From an uncultured Solirubrobacterales bacterium (lineage in GTDB: Bacteria; Actinomycetota; Thermoleophilia; Solirubrobacterales; Solirubrobacteraceae), in the NCBI GenBank assembly GCA_963826895.1, contig CAWGYJ010000008.1, positions 231,323-295,322 of the forward strand: a stretch of DNA of 64,000 nt, given 5' to 3'. The notes below the pieces were generated by a model. That model saw only the letters and a program-made list of their open reading frames with translations. It was not told the DNA's origin and did not search any database. Position numbers and translations under genes: made by a program. Below are positions 31,879 through 43,774 of the stretch, piece after piece. How positions within the stretch are numbered: the stretch's first letter is position 1; every line of letters starts with the position of its first letter.

Positions 31879-32748
31879 CTACCCAGCAAGGATCGCTGCG
31901 GCGACTCGGTCGGGCGCCTCGAGCTGCGGCCAGTGGGCGACGTCCGCCAGCTCGGTGAACGGCGCGTCGGGGAGCCGCTCGCGGATCCGCTCGGCCATGT
32001 GCGCCCCCGATACCGGGTCGAGCATCCCCCAGATGAAGCTCAGCGGCACGTCGGTGTGCTCGAGCGCTCCGACCCACCGCTGCTCATTCGCCCGGCGGTC
32101 GGTCATGTAGTGGATCAGCAGGTGCAGGTTCCTGTACCCGTCGTCGCGCTTGAGCGAGTGCCAGATGTGCACGCTGTCCGCATGGGCGTCGTAGCCCGGA
32201 GCGAAGGTCGGCGCCAGGCTCGCGATCATCAGCTCCTCGTTCAGCGCCGCGCTGAGCAGCGGGCCCTGCTCGGGGTCCAGCAGCACGGTCTGCGCAGGCT
32301 GCGGGCGGTGGAGATCCGGGTACACGCCGCCGTTCATGAACGTGATCGCTCGGAGATCGGTGCCCAGAGTGTTCTCGGCCCGCCGCGCGAGCAGCTCCTG
32401 GGCCACCGAGACCGCGTAGTCATGAGCCACCACCGCCGTCGACGCGATCCCCTCCACCTCCCACAGCTCCTCTACGAGGTCGGCCTGCTCGTTGATCGAG
32501 TACGGGTGCTCGATTGGCTTGTCCGAGGCACCGAAGCCGAGGAAATCGGGGATCAGGAGCGAGTACCCGTTCGCCAGCCGTGGGGCGATCTTGGCGTAGT
32601 CGTGGCCCGAGCTCGGGAAGCCGTGGAGCAGCGTCATCGGTGTCTCCGAGCTGTGGAACCGGCGGATGAAGATGTGCCGCTCCGCGCCGCCGCCGCTGAG
32701 CAGCTCAGCCTGTTCGCCGGCGCGCCACCAGGATTCGATCGAGCTCAT
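31879..32748 (-). CDS. Alpha/beta hydrolase (MEST-like)
   Basis: LHGFPSS, DFLGFGASDKP, AHDY, WGMLDPVSG and HWPQLEAP motifs. Confidence 0.88.
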   Translation of the reverse strand: MSSIESWWRAGEQAELLSGGGAERHIFIRRFHSSETPMTLLHGFPSSGHDYAKIAPRLANGYSLLIPDFLGFGASDKPIEHPYSINEQADLVEELWEVEGIASTAVVAHDYAVSVAQELLARRAENTLGTDLRAITFMNGGVYPDLHRPQPAQTVLLDPEQGPLLSAALNEELMIASLAPTFAPGYDAHADSVHIWHSLKRDDGYRNLHLLIHYMTDRRANEQRWVGALEHTDVPLSFIWGMLDPVSGAHMAERIRERLPDAPFTELADVAHWPQLEAPDRVAAAILAG

Positions 32749-34100
32749 GCCTTCGTGAGCAGCGCCACGCACTCGATGTGCGGCGTCTGCGGGAACATGT
32801 CGACCGGGCGGACCTTTTGGAGCGTGTAGCCGGCCTCGACGAGCTGCGCCGCGTTCGGGGCGAGCGTCGTCGGGTTGCAGGACACGTACACGATCCGGCC
32901 CGGGCCGGCTTCGATGATCCGCCTGACGATCTTCTGGGAGAGGCCTGCTCTGGGCGGATCGACGACCAGCACGTCCGGCTTCCCGGCCGTCTGCACCAGT
33001 TCGCGCAGCGCGAGCCGGACATCGCCGGCGAAGAATTTCGCGTTGTCGATTTCGTTTGCCCGCGCGTTCTCGATCGCGTCCGCGACCGCCTCCTCGACTA
33101 TCTCGAGCCCGAACAGCTCCGCCGCACGCGGGGCCATCGAGAGCCCGATCGTGCCGATCCCGCAGTACAGGTCGTACAGGCGCTCGAACCCCTTCAGCCC
33201 GGCGTACTCGGTCGCGAGCGCGTACAGCTGCTCGGCCATCTCGGTGTTCGTCTGGAAGAAGGCGTCGGGGGAGATCCGCAGCGACAGGCCGCTCAGCTCC
33301 TCGGTCAGCCGGTCCTCGCCACTCAGCAGCTCGGTCCGGCCCCCCTGGGTGGTCTCCGCGACCGAGTCGATCTGGGTCCACAGCAGGCTCATGTTCTTGT
33401 CTGGTGGCAGGGCGGCGGCGACGAGCGCATCACGGTCGAACTCGCCCGGCGACGTGATCACCCGGACCTGGAGATGACCGGTGCGGCGGCCCTCGCGGAC
33501 GACGAGGTTTCTCAGGAACCCCGTGCCCGCGCGGCGGTCGTAGGCCGTCAGCCGCTGCTCGCGGCAGAAGTCGACAACCCGCTCGCGGGCGGCGTTCCCG
33601 GGTTCTGAGGCGAGCATGCAGTCACGGACCTCGACGATCTGGTCCCACCTTCCGGGCGCGTGGAAGCCGCACACGAGCCGGCCGTCCGCATCGATCCCGA
33701 ACGAGTACTCGAGCTTGTTGCGGTAGCGCCATTGCTCTACCGCAGGGACGATCGGCTCGAGCTCGTATCCCTCGAGGCGTCCGATCCGCCTGAGCGCGTC
33801 GTCGACCTGCTCCTGCTTGGTGGCGAGCTGGGTTTCGTAACGCAGCACCTGCCACGGCGCGCCCGGGTGGTCGGCAACCGGCTCGATCCGGTCAGGTCCC
33901 GGCTCGAGCAGCCGGACGACCTCGGCCTCGGCGTAGGCGCGCTTGGCCTTGCCGACGCGCGCGAGCACGCGGTCACCCGGCATGCCGCCGCGGACGAACA
34001 GGACGTACCCGTCCTCGCGCCGAGCGACGCCGGCGCCGCCGTAGGCGAGCGATCCGACCGTCAGCTCGAGCTCATCACCGCGCGCCGGGCGCGCGGACAC
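32745..34100 (-). CDS. rlmD: 23S rRNA (uracil-5)-methyltransferase
   Basis: TRAM domain, FFQTN, DLYCGIG, DPPRAG, YVSCNP and DMFPQTPHIE motifs. Confidence 0.93.
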   Translation of the reverse strand: MSARPARGDELELTVGSLAYGGAGVARREDGYVLFVRGGMPGDRVLARVGKAKRAYAEAEVVRLLEPGPDRIEPVADHPGAPWQVLRYETQLATKQEQVDDALRRIGRLEGYELEPIVPAVEQWRYRNKLEYSFGIDADGRLVCGFHAPGRWDQIVEVRDCMLASEPGNAARERVVDFCREQRLTAYDRRAGTGFLRNLVVREGRRTGHLQVRVITSPGEFDRDALVAAALPPDKNMSLLWTQIDSVAETTQGGRTELLSGEDRLTEELSGLSLRISPDAFFQTNTEMAEQLYALATEYAGLKGFERLYDLYCGIGTIGLSMAPRAAELFGLEIVEEAVADAIENARANEIDNAKFFAGDVRLALRELVQTAGKPDVLVVDPPRAGLSQKIVRRIIEAGPGRIVYVSCNPTTLAPNAAQLVEAGYTLQKVRPVDMFPQTPHIECVALLTKA

Positions 34101-34120
34101 TCCGGTGGCCGCGGACTCGC

Positions 34121-34780
34121 TCAGGCGAGTGCCTTCTCGACGGCCTCCAGCACGGACTTCCGGTTCGCGTGCTTGCGCTCGTAGTCGCGGACCCTGCGGA
34201 GCTCGGCGCTCTTCAGCTCGCCGAGCCGCGCGGTCACCTGTCCGGCGGTGAGGTCATCGAAGCCGAGGATCGGGAACGACGGTCCAACCCTTGCCGTGCG
34301 CCGCGCGCGATCGGCCGTCCGGACGATCCGATCCACAGGCTCCGTACGGCGGGCCTTGCGGGTCGCGGACTCGATCTGCGAGCGGCCGCGGTCGAGCTGG
34401 CGCTCGAACTCGGCGACCAGGTCCTCGGACTGCGTACGGCCACGGCGGACGAGCTCTGCGACGAGCTCGTTCGCGTCGCTGCGCGTGACGCGACCGCGCT
34501 TGGCAGCCTCGTCGAGCGTCTCCTGGATGCGGTCGCGGGTCAGGATCACGAGGTCGATCGGGTTGCTGACGTTGCGGGGCGTGCTCTTGCTCGACGCGGC
34601 TGTGCTCGCGCGCGGCTTGGCGGCGGTCGACTTCGCGGGGGTGGACTTCGCGCGCGTCGACTTCGAGGCCGTCGATTTGGCGGCGGTCGCTGACTTCGGC
34701 TTCGCGGCCGCGCGCGACGTCGCGGCCTTCGGCTTGGCGGCCGGGCGCGACTTGGCAGATGAAGACTTCGGAGCTGGCAT
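34121..34780 (-). CDS. Hypothetical protein with a Lys/Ala-rich N-tail, phasin-like middle and small helical C-domain
   Basis: Low-complexity AAKPK/AKST repeats; LTRDRIQETLDEAAKRGRVT; FPILGFDDLTAGQV..YERKHANRKSVL. Confidence 0.75.
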   Translation of the reverse strand: MPAPKSSSAKSRPAAKPKAATSRAAAKPKSATAAKSTASKSTRAKSTPAKSTAAKPRASTAASSKSTPRNVSNPIDLVILTRDRIQETLDEAAKRGRVTRSDANELVAELVRRGRTQSEDLVAEFERQLDRGRSQIESATRKARRTEPVDRIVRTADRARRTARVGPSFPILGFDDLTAGQVTARLGELKSAELRRVRDYERKHANRKSVLEAVEKALA

Positions 34781-34790
34781 GGCTCCGAGG

Positions 34791-35664
34791 CTATCCGATC
34801 AGGAACTCCAGCAACGCCTTCTGGGCGTGCCGCCGGTTCTCGGCCTGGTCCCAGATCCGCTGGCGCTCTCCGTACAACAGTCCCGCGGAGATCTCCTCCC
34901 CGGGATGCGCGGGCAGGCAATGCAGCGCGAACGCGTGTGGGGCCGCCTGGTCGAGCAGCGCTTCGTCGAGCCGGTAGGGCTCGAGCGAGCGGCGGCGCTG
35001 CTCGGCCGTCTGTGGGATCGTCGTTCATGCTGACCCACACGTCGGTGTACACGGCGTCGGCGTTCTCGACGCCTTCGCTTGGATCGTTGGTCAGGAAAGC
35101 GTCAGCGACCGGCTCGAGCTCGAACCCATCCGGTGACGCGATCCGGACGTTGACGCCCGCAGTCCGTCCGAGGATCGCAAGCGAGCGCGCCACGTTGTTC
35201 CCGTCGCCGACGTAGGCGAGCGTCAGGTCGTTCAGGTGGCCGTAGTTCTCTTGCAGCGTCTGCAGGTCGGCGAGCGCCTGCGTCGGATGGTGGCCGGCGG
35301 TCAGCATGTTGATCACCGGCACGCTCGCGTATTGCGCGAGCTCCTCCACGAGCTCGTCGGGGCCGGTGCGGATCGCGATCGCGTCGACGTGGCGCGAGAG
35401 CACGAGCGCCGTGTCTCGGGGAGACTCCCCGCGGCTCAGTTGCATCTCGTCCGAGCGGAGCACGACCGGATGGCCGCCGAGCTCGGCGACCCCGACCTCG
35501 AACGACACGCGCGTGCGTGTCGACGGCCGCTCGAAGATCAGCGCAACGCTCTTGCGCTCGAGCGCTCGTGAGCTGTCCGGCTCCGCCTTCAGCTCAGCGG
35601 CTCGGTCGAGCAGCTCGACGAGCTCGCTGGACGTCAATTCGGACCCGGTGAGGAAGTGACGCAA
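34791..35664 (-). CDS. argF: Ornithine carbamoyltransferase (one frameshift near 35015)
   Basis: STRTR, HPTQALAD, GDGNNV and YTDVWVSM in one frame; HCLP and QAENRRH in a shifted frame ending at TAG 34791. Confidence 0.93.
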
Positions 35665-35699
35665 GCGCAGCAGTGTACGGTCGGGCGGTGGCGCGAGGG

Positions 35700-36377
35700 A
35701 TGCCGCGACGGATCCGAGTGTTGACCTGGAACCTGTTCCACGGCCGCTCGGTGCCGGACTCGCGCGGCGAGCTGCTCGGCGAATTCGCGAGCACGCTCGC
35801 CGGCTGGGACTGGGAGGTGGCGCTGCTGCAGGAGTGCCCGCCGTGGTGGCCCGAGCCGCTGGCGCGCGCCTGCGGCGCCGAGCAGCGCCACGTGCTCACG
35901 TCCCGCAACGCACTGCTGCCGATCCGGCGCGTCGTCGCGACCCGGCGCCCGGACCTGTCGCGCTCGACCGGAGGCGGATGCAACACGATCCTCGTCCGGC
36001 GGCCCTCCGTGTCCGAGCATCGCGCGGTACGGCTGTGCCGGTGGCCCGAGCGGCGGTGGATGCACGCGGTCCGGCTGACATCCGGCGGATGGATCGCGAA
36101 CGTCCACGCCTCGGGACCGGACGCGCTCGCGATCCGCGACTGCGCACGGGCGGGCCTGGTGCTGCGGGAGTGGGCCGTCGGCGGTCCGGCGCTGCTGGGC
36201 GGGGACTTCAACGTCGCGGCACCGCCGGTCGCCGGGTTCGCGCTCGCCGGGGGCCACGGGGTCGACGGTTTCCTCGCAGCGGGCTGGCGCGTTCGAGGCG
36301 GTCGGGTCTCGGTGCTCGCTCGCGGGCGGCTCTCGGACCACGAGCCGGTGGTCGTGACGCTGGATAATCGGGCTTGA
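35700..36377 (+). CDS. Endonuclease/exonuclease/phosphatase family protein
   Basis: TWN, LQE, GDFN and SDH motifs. The start may be the GTG at 35688. Confidence 0.85.
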   Translation: MPRRIRVLTWNLFHGRSVPDSRGELLGEFASTLAGWDWEVALLQECPPWWPEPLARACGAEQRHVLTSRNALLPIRRVVATRRPDLSRSTGGGCNTILVRRPSVSEHRAVRLCRWPERRWMHAVRLTSGGWIANVHASGPDALAIRDCARAGLVLREWAVGGPALLGGDFNVAAPPVAGFALAGGHGVDGFLAAGWRVRGGRVSVLARGRLSDHEPVVVTLDNRA

Positions 36378-36739
36378 TGCCGCTGCCACTGGCGCTCGTC
36401 AACTTCGACTCGCCGACCGAGGTGCGCACGTTCCCGCTCGGGCGGTTCGAGGTTTATGAGGTCGGGCCGATGACGCTCGGGCGCGCGACCTACGAGCCCG
36501 GCTGGAAATGGTCAGAGCACGTCGGCGCCACGACCGGAGAGCGGTTGTGCCAGGTCGAGCACGTCGGGCTGGTGCTCGCAGGCGCCGCCGTCGCGGCGAT
36601 GGGCGACGGCACCGAGCACGTGATGCGCGAGGGCGACTTCTTCTACATCCCGCCCGGCCACGACAGCTGGGTCGTGGGCGACGAGCCGTACGTCTCGCTC
36701 CACATCATGGGCAGCGAGACGTACGCGGCGAACGCTTAG
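36377..36739 (+). CDS. Cupin-domain protein
   Basis: EPGWKWSEH, CQVEH and IPPGHDSWVVGDE motifs. Confidence 0.88.
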   Translation: MPLPLALVNFDSPTEVRTFPLGRFEVYEVGPMTLGRATYEPGWKWSEHVGATTGERLCQVEHVGLVLAGAAVAAMGDGTEHVMREGDFFYIPPGHDSWVVGDEPYVSLHIMGSETYAANA

Positions 36740-37365
36740 GAGAGCCCCGCGACCGAACGGACCATGTCGACGATCTCGGCCGGCGCCTTCGCCGTCGATC
36801 CGCAGTCGAAGGGCGGCTCGGGGTCGTACTCGATCCCGAGCTGAATCGCCTGAGCCAGCTCCGGCCCGTGCATCCGGTGGACGAGCGTCAGCGCCATGTC
36901 GATGCCCGACGAAACCCCGGCGGCCGTGATCACCTTTCCCTGCTCGACGACGCGCCTGCTGACGGGCTTGGCGCCCAACTCGGCGAGGCGGTCGAGCGCC
37001 ATCCAGTGGGTGGTCGCCTCGAGGCCGTCGAGGATGCCGGCGGCGCCGAGCACCAGTGAGCCGGTGCAGACGGATGTCGTGTATTGCGAATGCTCGAAGG
37101 CGTGGCTGAGCCAGGCCAGGATCTGCGGATCGTCCATCAGCTCGCGCGTGCCGTAGCCGCCCGGGAACACGATCACCTCGGGCTCGGGGAGGTCGTCGAG
37201 CGACTCGTCGGCGACCAGCGCCAGCATCTTCGTCTCGGTCCGCTTCGGCCCCGGCTCGGCAGCGATGAAGTGGACGGTCGCGCCCGGAATGCGCGACAGG
37301 ACCTCGTAGGGGCCGACGGCGTCGAGCGCCGTGAGCCGGTCGAAGATCGGGATGGCGATGTTCAC
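36736..37365 (-). CDS. DJ-1/PfpI-family protein (isonitrile hydratase-like)
   Basis: LDAVGPYEV, SVCTGS, AGVSSGID and EYDPEPPF motifs. Confidence 0.9.
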   Translation of the reverse strand: MNIAIPIFDRLTALDAVGPYEVLSRIPGATVHFIAAEPGPKRTETKMLALVADESLDDLPEPEVIVFPGGYGTRELMDDPQILAWLSHAFEHSQYTTSVCTGSLVLGAAGILDGLEATTHWMALDRLAELGAKPVSRRVVEQGKVITAAGVSSGIDMALTLVHRMHGPELAQAIQLGIEYDPEPPFDCGSTAKAPAEIVDMVRSVAGLS

Positions 37366-38447
37366 GATGCTGTTCTCCTGTCGATCGGGATCACGTTTCC
37401 GAAGTGACGGCGGTAGTCGCTCGGGCTCGCGCGCAGCCGCCGCGCGAACGTCCGCCGCAGCGTCTCGACCGTGCCGAACCCGCAATCGCGGGCGACCTGG
37501 TCGAGCTGGTGCTCGGTCGTCTCGAGCAGCAGCCGCGCGCGCTCGACGCGTAGCGACTCGACGTAGGCAGCGGGCGTGGAGCCGACCTCCTTTGCGAACA
37601 CGCGACTGAAGTTGCGCTCGCTCATGTGGCAGCGGTCCGCGAGCGCGGGGTTGGTGAGATCGTCTGTGAGGTGGTCGGCGATCCACTGCTGGAGCTCGCG
37701 GATCCGGCGGTGCGACGCGGCCTGGGTCCGCAGTCCCGCGCTGAACTGCGCCTGGCCGCCGGGGCGTCTCACGAACAGGACGAGTGAGCGTGCCGCGTTG
37801 AGCGCGGCCTGCGGCCCGAGGTCCTCCTCGACGAGCGCGAGTGCGAGGTCGATGCCGGCGGTGACGCCGGCCGACGTGTACACGTTCCCGTCGCGGACGA
37901 AGATCGGGTCGGGGTCGACCTCGACGCTCGGGTGGAGCCGGCGCAGCGCGTTGCACGCCGCCCAGTGGGTGGTGGCACGGCGCCCGACGAGCAGGCCGGC
38001 TTGCGCGAGGAGGAAGGCGCCGGTGCACACGGAGGTGACGCGGCGCGAGCGCTCGGCCGCCGAGCGGATCCAGGCGATCAGCTGTTCGTCCTGCGCGGCG
38101 GCGCGGGTTCCCTGGCCGCCGGGGACGATCAGCGTGTCGATCGCGCGGCGGTCGTCGGTCAGTGGCGCGTCCGGCGTCAGTGCCAGGCCGCTCGAAGTGC
38201 GTATCGGCTCGGCCCCACTCGCCGCCGCCCCACTCGGCGCCGCCCGACTCCCCTTCGCTCCACTCGCCGCCGCCCGACTCCCCTTCGCTCCACCCGCCGC
38301 CGCCCCACCTACCAACTCGATCGAATAAGTGTCACCGGCGGGCGGGCGGGCGCGGTCGGCGAGCGAGAACACCTCGCTCGGGCCGGTGATGTCGAGGGCC
38401 TGCACGCGGTCGAAGGCGACGATGACGATGCGTCTGGGGGCGGGCAC
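37362..38447 (-). CDS. GlxA-family (DJ-1 + AraC) transcriptional regulator
   Basis: LDITGPSEVF, SVCTG, TSAGVTAGID, RRPGGQAQFS and a C-terminal AraC HTH. Confidence 0.92.
   Translation of the reverse strand: MPAPRRIVIVAFDRVQALDITGPSEVFSLADRARPPAGDTYSIELVGGAAAGGAKGSRAAASGAKGSRAAPSGAAASGAEPIRTSSGLALTPDAPLTDDRRAIDTLIVPGGQGTRAAAQDEQLIAWIRSAAERSRRVTSVCTGAFLLAQAGLLVGRRATTHWAACNALRRLHPSVEVDPDPIFVRDGNVYTSAGVTAGIDLALALVEEDLGPQAALNAARSLVLFVRRPGGQAQFSAGLRTQAASHRRIRELQQWIADHLTDDLTNPALADRCHMSERNFSRVFAKEVGSTPAAYVESLRVERARLLLETTEHQLDQVARDCGFGTVETLRRTFARRLRASPSDYRRHFGNVIPIDRRTAS
38212..38308. repeat. In-frame 15/30-nt tandem repeat inside the GlxA regulator
   Basis: CACTCG(G/C)CGCCGCCCGACTCCCCTTCGCTC at 38231 and 38261 plus partial copies; encodes GAKGSRAAAS repeats. 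Confidence 0.85.
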
Positions 38448-38556
38448 ACGCCGGATGATTGCGGTCGGTGGCGTTGGCCGCAATGACATCGACCGGACGA
38501 TTCCGGCCATGGCCGTGCACGAAACTACCGCGAGGCGGAAGTCTCGTGGGGGACGT

Positions 38557-40040
<1,484 letters not shown>

Positions 40041-40044
<4 letters not shown>

Positions 40045-41165
40045 GCGTGCACCCCGCTGAACCGATCCGGCGAGAACGCGCCGGACGGCACCTCGCCGCG
40101 GACCGAGGCCACCACCAGCTCCGCCGTCAGCGGCGCGAGCAGGATCCCGTTGCGGTAGTGACCGGTCGCCCAGTGCAGGCCCGGTAGCGCGCCGGCGCCG
40201 ATGATCGGCCCGTTGTCCGGCGTCCCGGGACGCAGGCCGGCCATCAGCTCGTCGATCACGAGCTCCGAGACGCCCGGGACGAGCTCGCTCGCGTCCCGCA
40301 GCAGCTCGAACACCGCGCCGGCCGTCACCGTCCGGTCGAAGCCGCGCTCCTCCATCGTGCCGCCGATCACGTACCGGCCGTCGCCGCGCGGGACCACGTA
40401 GCCGCGACCCATCCGCACGACGCGCGTCAGCAGGCCTGGACCCGCGGGGTCGTGAAGCAGGATGATCTGGCCCTTCACCGGCCGAGCTGGAACGACCGCC
40501 TCCGCCGGCAGTCCCGGGATCGACGCAGACCACACGCCCGCGGCGACGACCACCGCATCGGCGAACAGCCTGGTGCCGTCGCCGAGCGCCACGCCGCGGA
40601 CCGCGCCGTCCTGCACGACCAGGGAGGCGACCTCCGTGTGCGCACGCAGCTCGCCGCCGGCCCGCACGAGCGCCACGGCGAGCGCAGCCGTGAGACGCCG
40701 TGGGTCGATCGCGTGGTCGTCCGGCACATCGAGCGCCAGGCGCAGCGCCGGCGCCAGTGCCGGCTCGAGCGCGCGTGCCTCACCCGGCAGCAGACGCTCC
40801 ACCCGCAGACCCATCGAGAGCCGCATCGCCAGCTCGCGTTCGAGCGCCTCGGCCTCGTCGCGGTCGCGCGCCAGCAGCAGGGCGCCGCTTCGCACATACC
40901 CCGGATCCAGGCCCGAGGCGTCGGCCAGCTCGGAGACGAACGACGGGTAGGCCGCCGCCGACCGCATCCCGAGCGCGAGCAGCTCCTGCTCGCCGATGTA
41001 GGCCTCGGCGATCGGCGCGATCATCCCGGCCGCGACACGCGAGGTTCCGGTACCGGGCTCGTCGCGTTCGAGCACCGTTACCCGCAGCCCGCGCTGCGCG
41101 AGCCGCCACCCGGACGCGAGCCCGATCGCCCCGGCCCCGACGATGATCACATCAGCGGATTCCAC
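40041..41165 (-). CDS. thiO: Glycine oxidase ThiO
   Basis: GAGAIG, AAGMIAP, PVKGQ, GLRPGTPDN and GHYRNGILLAP motifs. Confidence 0.94.
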
Positions 41166-41204
41166 GTGTCGATGCTAGCTCAGCACCCGTGCCAGACTGG
41201 GGGT

Positions 41205-41828
41205 GTGGTCGACCTTCTGACCCGCCTGGCGCAAGCCCGGCTGTACTTGATTTGCCCCGTCATGCCTGACGAGTTCCTGCACGCCGCGCTGGACGGCGGC
41301 GCGGACATCGTGCAACTGCGCGCGAAGGACCGGCCAGACGCGGAAGTGGTCGCGGCGGCGCGGCGGTTCAAGGCGGCGTGCGCCGAGCACGATGCGCTGC
41401 TGATCGTCAACGACCGCCCGGACCTGGCGGCGCAGGCCGGCGCGGACGGGGTACACGTCGGGCAGGACGACATGGCGGTCGCGCGCGCAAGAGCGATCGT
41501 CGGGCCAGACCGAATCGTCGGGTTGTCCACGCACACGCCCGCGCAGGTCGACGGCGCCGAGGGCGTCGATTACATCGGGGTCGGGCCGGTGAATGCGACG
41601 CCGACCAAGCCGGGACGCCCGGCGGTCGGCCTGCACCTGGTGCGCTACGCGAGCGCGCACGCCCGGGTGCCGTTCTTCGCGATCGGCGGGATCGACCCCG
41701 GCAACATCGCCGCCGTCCGGGCGGCGGGCGCCGAGCGGGTCGCCGTCGTCCGCGCGATCGTCGACGCCCCGGACCCCGCGGCGGCGGCGCGGGCGCTGAT
41801 CGAGGAGGTGCGCGTTGGGGCAACGTAG
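41205..41828 (+). CDS. thiE: Thiamine-phosphate synthase
   Basis: QLRAK, VNDR, GVHVGQDD, GLSTH, TPTK and AIGGI motifs. Confidence 0.95.
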   Translation: MVDLLTRLAQARLYLICPVMPDEFLHAALDGGADIVQLRAKDRPDAEVVAAARRFKAACAEHDALLIVNDRPDLAAQAGADGVHVGQDDMAVARARAIVGPDRIVGLSTHTPAQVDGAEGVDYIGVGPVNATPTKPGRPAVGLHLVRYASAHARVPFFAIGGIDPGNIAAVRAAGAERVAVVRAIVDAPDPAAAARALIEEVRVGAT

Positions 41829-42351
41829 CCGCAAGCGCGGCCGCCGCGAGAAGCCGCCGGCGTCGCGCGCAACGGTGGCGCAGGCGGCGCCGGCAGCGTC
41901 CGCCGCACAGCCACGCCGCTCGCGCTCGGAGGCCAAGAACGCGGCCGTGCGGGCGACGCTCAAGCCGCTGGACCCGGACGAGCGCCCGTGGCCGCTGGTG
42001 GTCGGCGCGATCCTGGCCGCGCTGAGCGGGGGCGTGCAGCTCGCGCTGTGGGCCTTCGGCGTCAAGCTGAAGGTCGCCGGCACGCACGCCGCGGCGGGCT
42101 CGACGATCGTGTTCGGGCTGCTGATGTTCGTGTGCGCGATCGGGATGTGGATGCGCAAGTACTGGGCCGTGCTCGGATTCATGGCGATCCTCGGGATCAC
42201 CGTGTGCTTCTTCGGGCTGGCGCTGATCAAGGCCTCGAGCGTGCTCGGATTCGCGGTGGGGATCGCGGGCGTCTCGATCGGCGGGTTCCTGTTCTACAAG
42301 CTCGTGCGCACGCTCAGCCGGATCCAGATGCCCGAGTACCCCGGCCGTTGA
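41815..42351 (+). CDS. Hypothetical membrane protein (4 TM)
   Basis: Basic N-terminus, PLDPDERP, then four hydrophobic helices. Confidence 0.75.
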   Translation: MGQRSRKRGRREKPPASRATVAQAAPAASAAQPRRSRSEAKNAAVRATLKPLDPDERPWPLVVGAILAALSGGVQLALWAFGVKLKVAGTHAAAGSTIVFGLLMFVCAIGMWMRKYWAVLGFMAILGITVCFFGLALIKASSVLGFAVGIAGVSIGGFLFYKLVRTLSRIQMPEYPGR

Positions 42352-42387
42352 CCGACTAGCTCGAAGCGTTGATATAGGCTGGGAGTC

Positions 42388-43758
42388 GTGCCCGAATCCT
42401 CATATGACTGCATCGTCATCGGCTCCGGCCCGGGCGGCTATGTAGCCGCGATCCGCGCCGCGCAGCTTGGAATGAAGACCGCCTGCATCGAGAAGGCCGA
42501 CGTCGGCGGCCGCTGTCTCAACGTGGCATGCATCCCCGCCAAGGCCGTGCTCAGGGTGGCCGACGTACTGGCCGAGATCCGCGACGCGGGCGAGTTCGGG
42601 ATCAAGGTCGGGCCGCCCGAGATCGACTTCGCCGCCGTCGGCGCTCGCCGCCAGAAGGTGATCAAGACGCTGACCGGCGGCGTGGCCGGCCTGTTCAAGA
42701 AGAACGAGGTCGAGCTGATCGAGGGCTCGGCGTCGCTCGCCGGCGACGGGAAGGTGAACGTCGGCGGGCAGACGATCGCTGCGAAGACGATCGTGCTCGC
42801 GACCGGATCCGTCAAGCGGCCGATTCCCGGCACCGAGTTCGGCGGCCGCGTGATCGGCACCGAGGAGGCGTGGGCGCTGAGCGAGCTGCCAACGGCGATG
42901 GCGGTCGTCGGGGCGGGCGCGTCCGGCGCGGAGATCGCCTCGGCATACGCGCGCTTCGGCGTCGAGGTGCGGCTGTTCGAGGCGCTCGACCGCGTGCTGC
43001 CGACCGAGGACGCGGACATCTCGAAGCTCGCCGAGCGCGGGCTCAAGAAGCAGGGCATCGACGATTCACACGCCACCCCGGTCCACGATGTCGTCAGTGC
43101 TGAGCGCAGCGTCAGCTTCCAGTTCGGCGAGGAGAAGGGCGAGGCCGACTGGCTCGTGATCGCGGCCGGCCGCGGCCCGGACATGGAGGGGCTCGGCCTC
43201 GACGACGCCGGCGTGCAGCTGAGCGACCGCGGCCTGATCGAGGTCGACGGCGCGATGCGCACCAGCGTGCCGGGCATCTATGCGATCGGCGATCTGGTCC
43301 ACGGCCCGGCGCTCGCACACAAGGCCTCCGACGAGGGCGTGATCGCGGTCGAGGACGCCGCCGGACTGCAGACCCATCCGATCGAGTACATCGACATCCC
43401 GCGCGCGACGTTCTGCACCCCGAACGTCGCGAGCTTCGGGCTGACCGAGGCGCAGGCGCGCGAACAGGGCCACGACGTGGTCGTCGGCAAGGTCCAATAC
43501 GGCGCCGTCGGCGCCGGCACCGTATACGGCGACCGCACCGGACTCGTGAAGATCGTCGGCGAGAAGAAGTACGGCGAGCTGCTCGGCGGTCACATCGTCG
43601 GCGCCAAGGCGACCGAGCTGATCCAGGAGCTGGTCAACGTCCGCGCGCTCGAGGGCGGCTACCCCGAGGTCGCGCGCTCCGTCCACGGCCATCCGACCCT
43701 GTCGGAGGCCGTGATGGAGGCCGCCCGCGCGGCCGACGGCTGGCTGATCCACGGCTGA
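42388..43758 (+). CDS. lpdA: Dihydrolipoyl dehydrogenase
   Basis: GSGPGGY, GGRCLNVACIP, YAIGD and HPTLSE motifs. Confidence 0.95.
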   Translation: MPESSYDCIVIGSGPGGYVAAIRAAQLGMKTACIEKADVGGRCLNVACIPAKAVLRVADVLAEIRDAGEFGIKVGPPEIDFAAVGARRQKVIKTLTGGVAGLFKKNEVELIEGSASLAGDGKVNVGGQTIAAKTIVLATGSVKRPIPGTEFGGRVIGTEEAWALSELPTAMAVVGAGASGAEIASAYARFGVEVRLFEALDRVLPTEDADISKLAERGLKKQGIDDSHATPVHDVVSAERSVSFQFGEEKGEADWLVIAAGRGPDMEGLGLDDAGVQLSDRGLIEVDGAMRTSVPGIYAIGDLVHGPALAHKASDEGVIAVEDAAGLQTHPIEYIDIPRATFCTPNVASFGLTEAQAREQGHDVVVGKVQYGAVGAGTVYGDRTGLVKIVGEKKYGELLGGHIVGAKATELIQELVNVRALEGGYPEVARSVHGHPTLSEAVMEAARAADGWLIHG

Positions 43759-43774
43759 CCGCCGGCACCCGACG

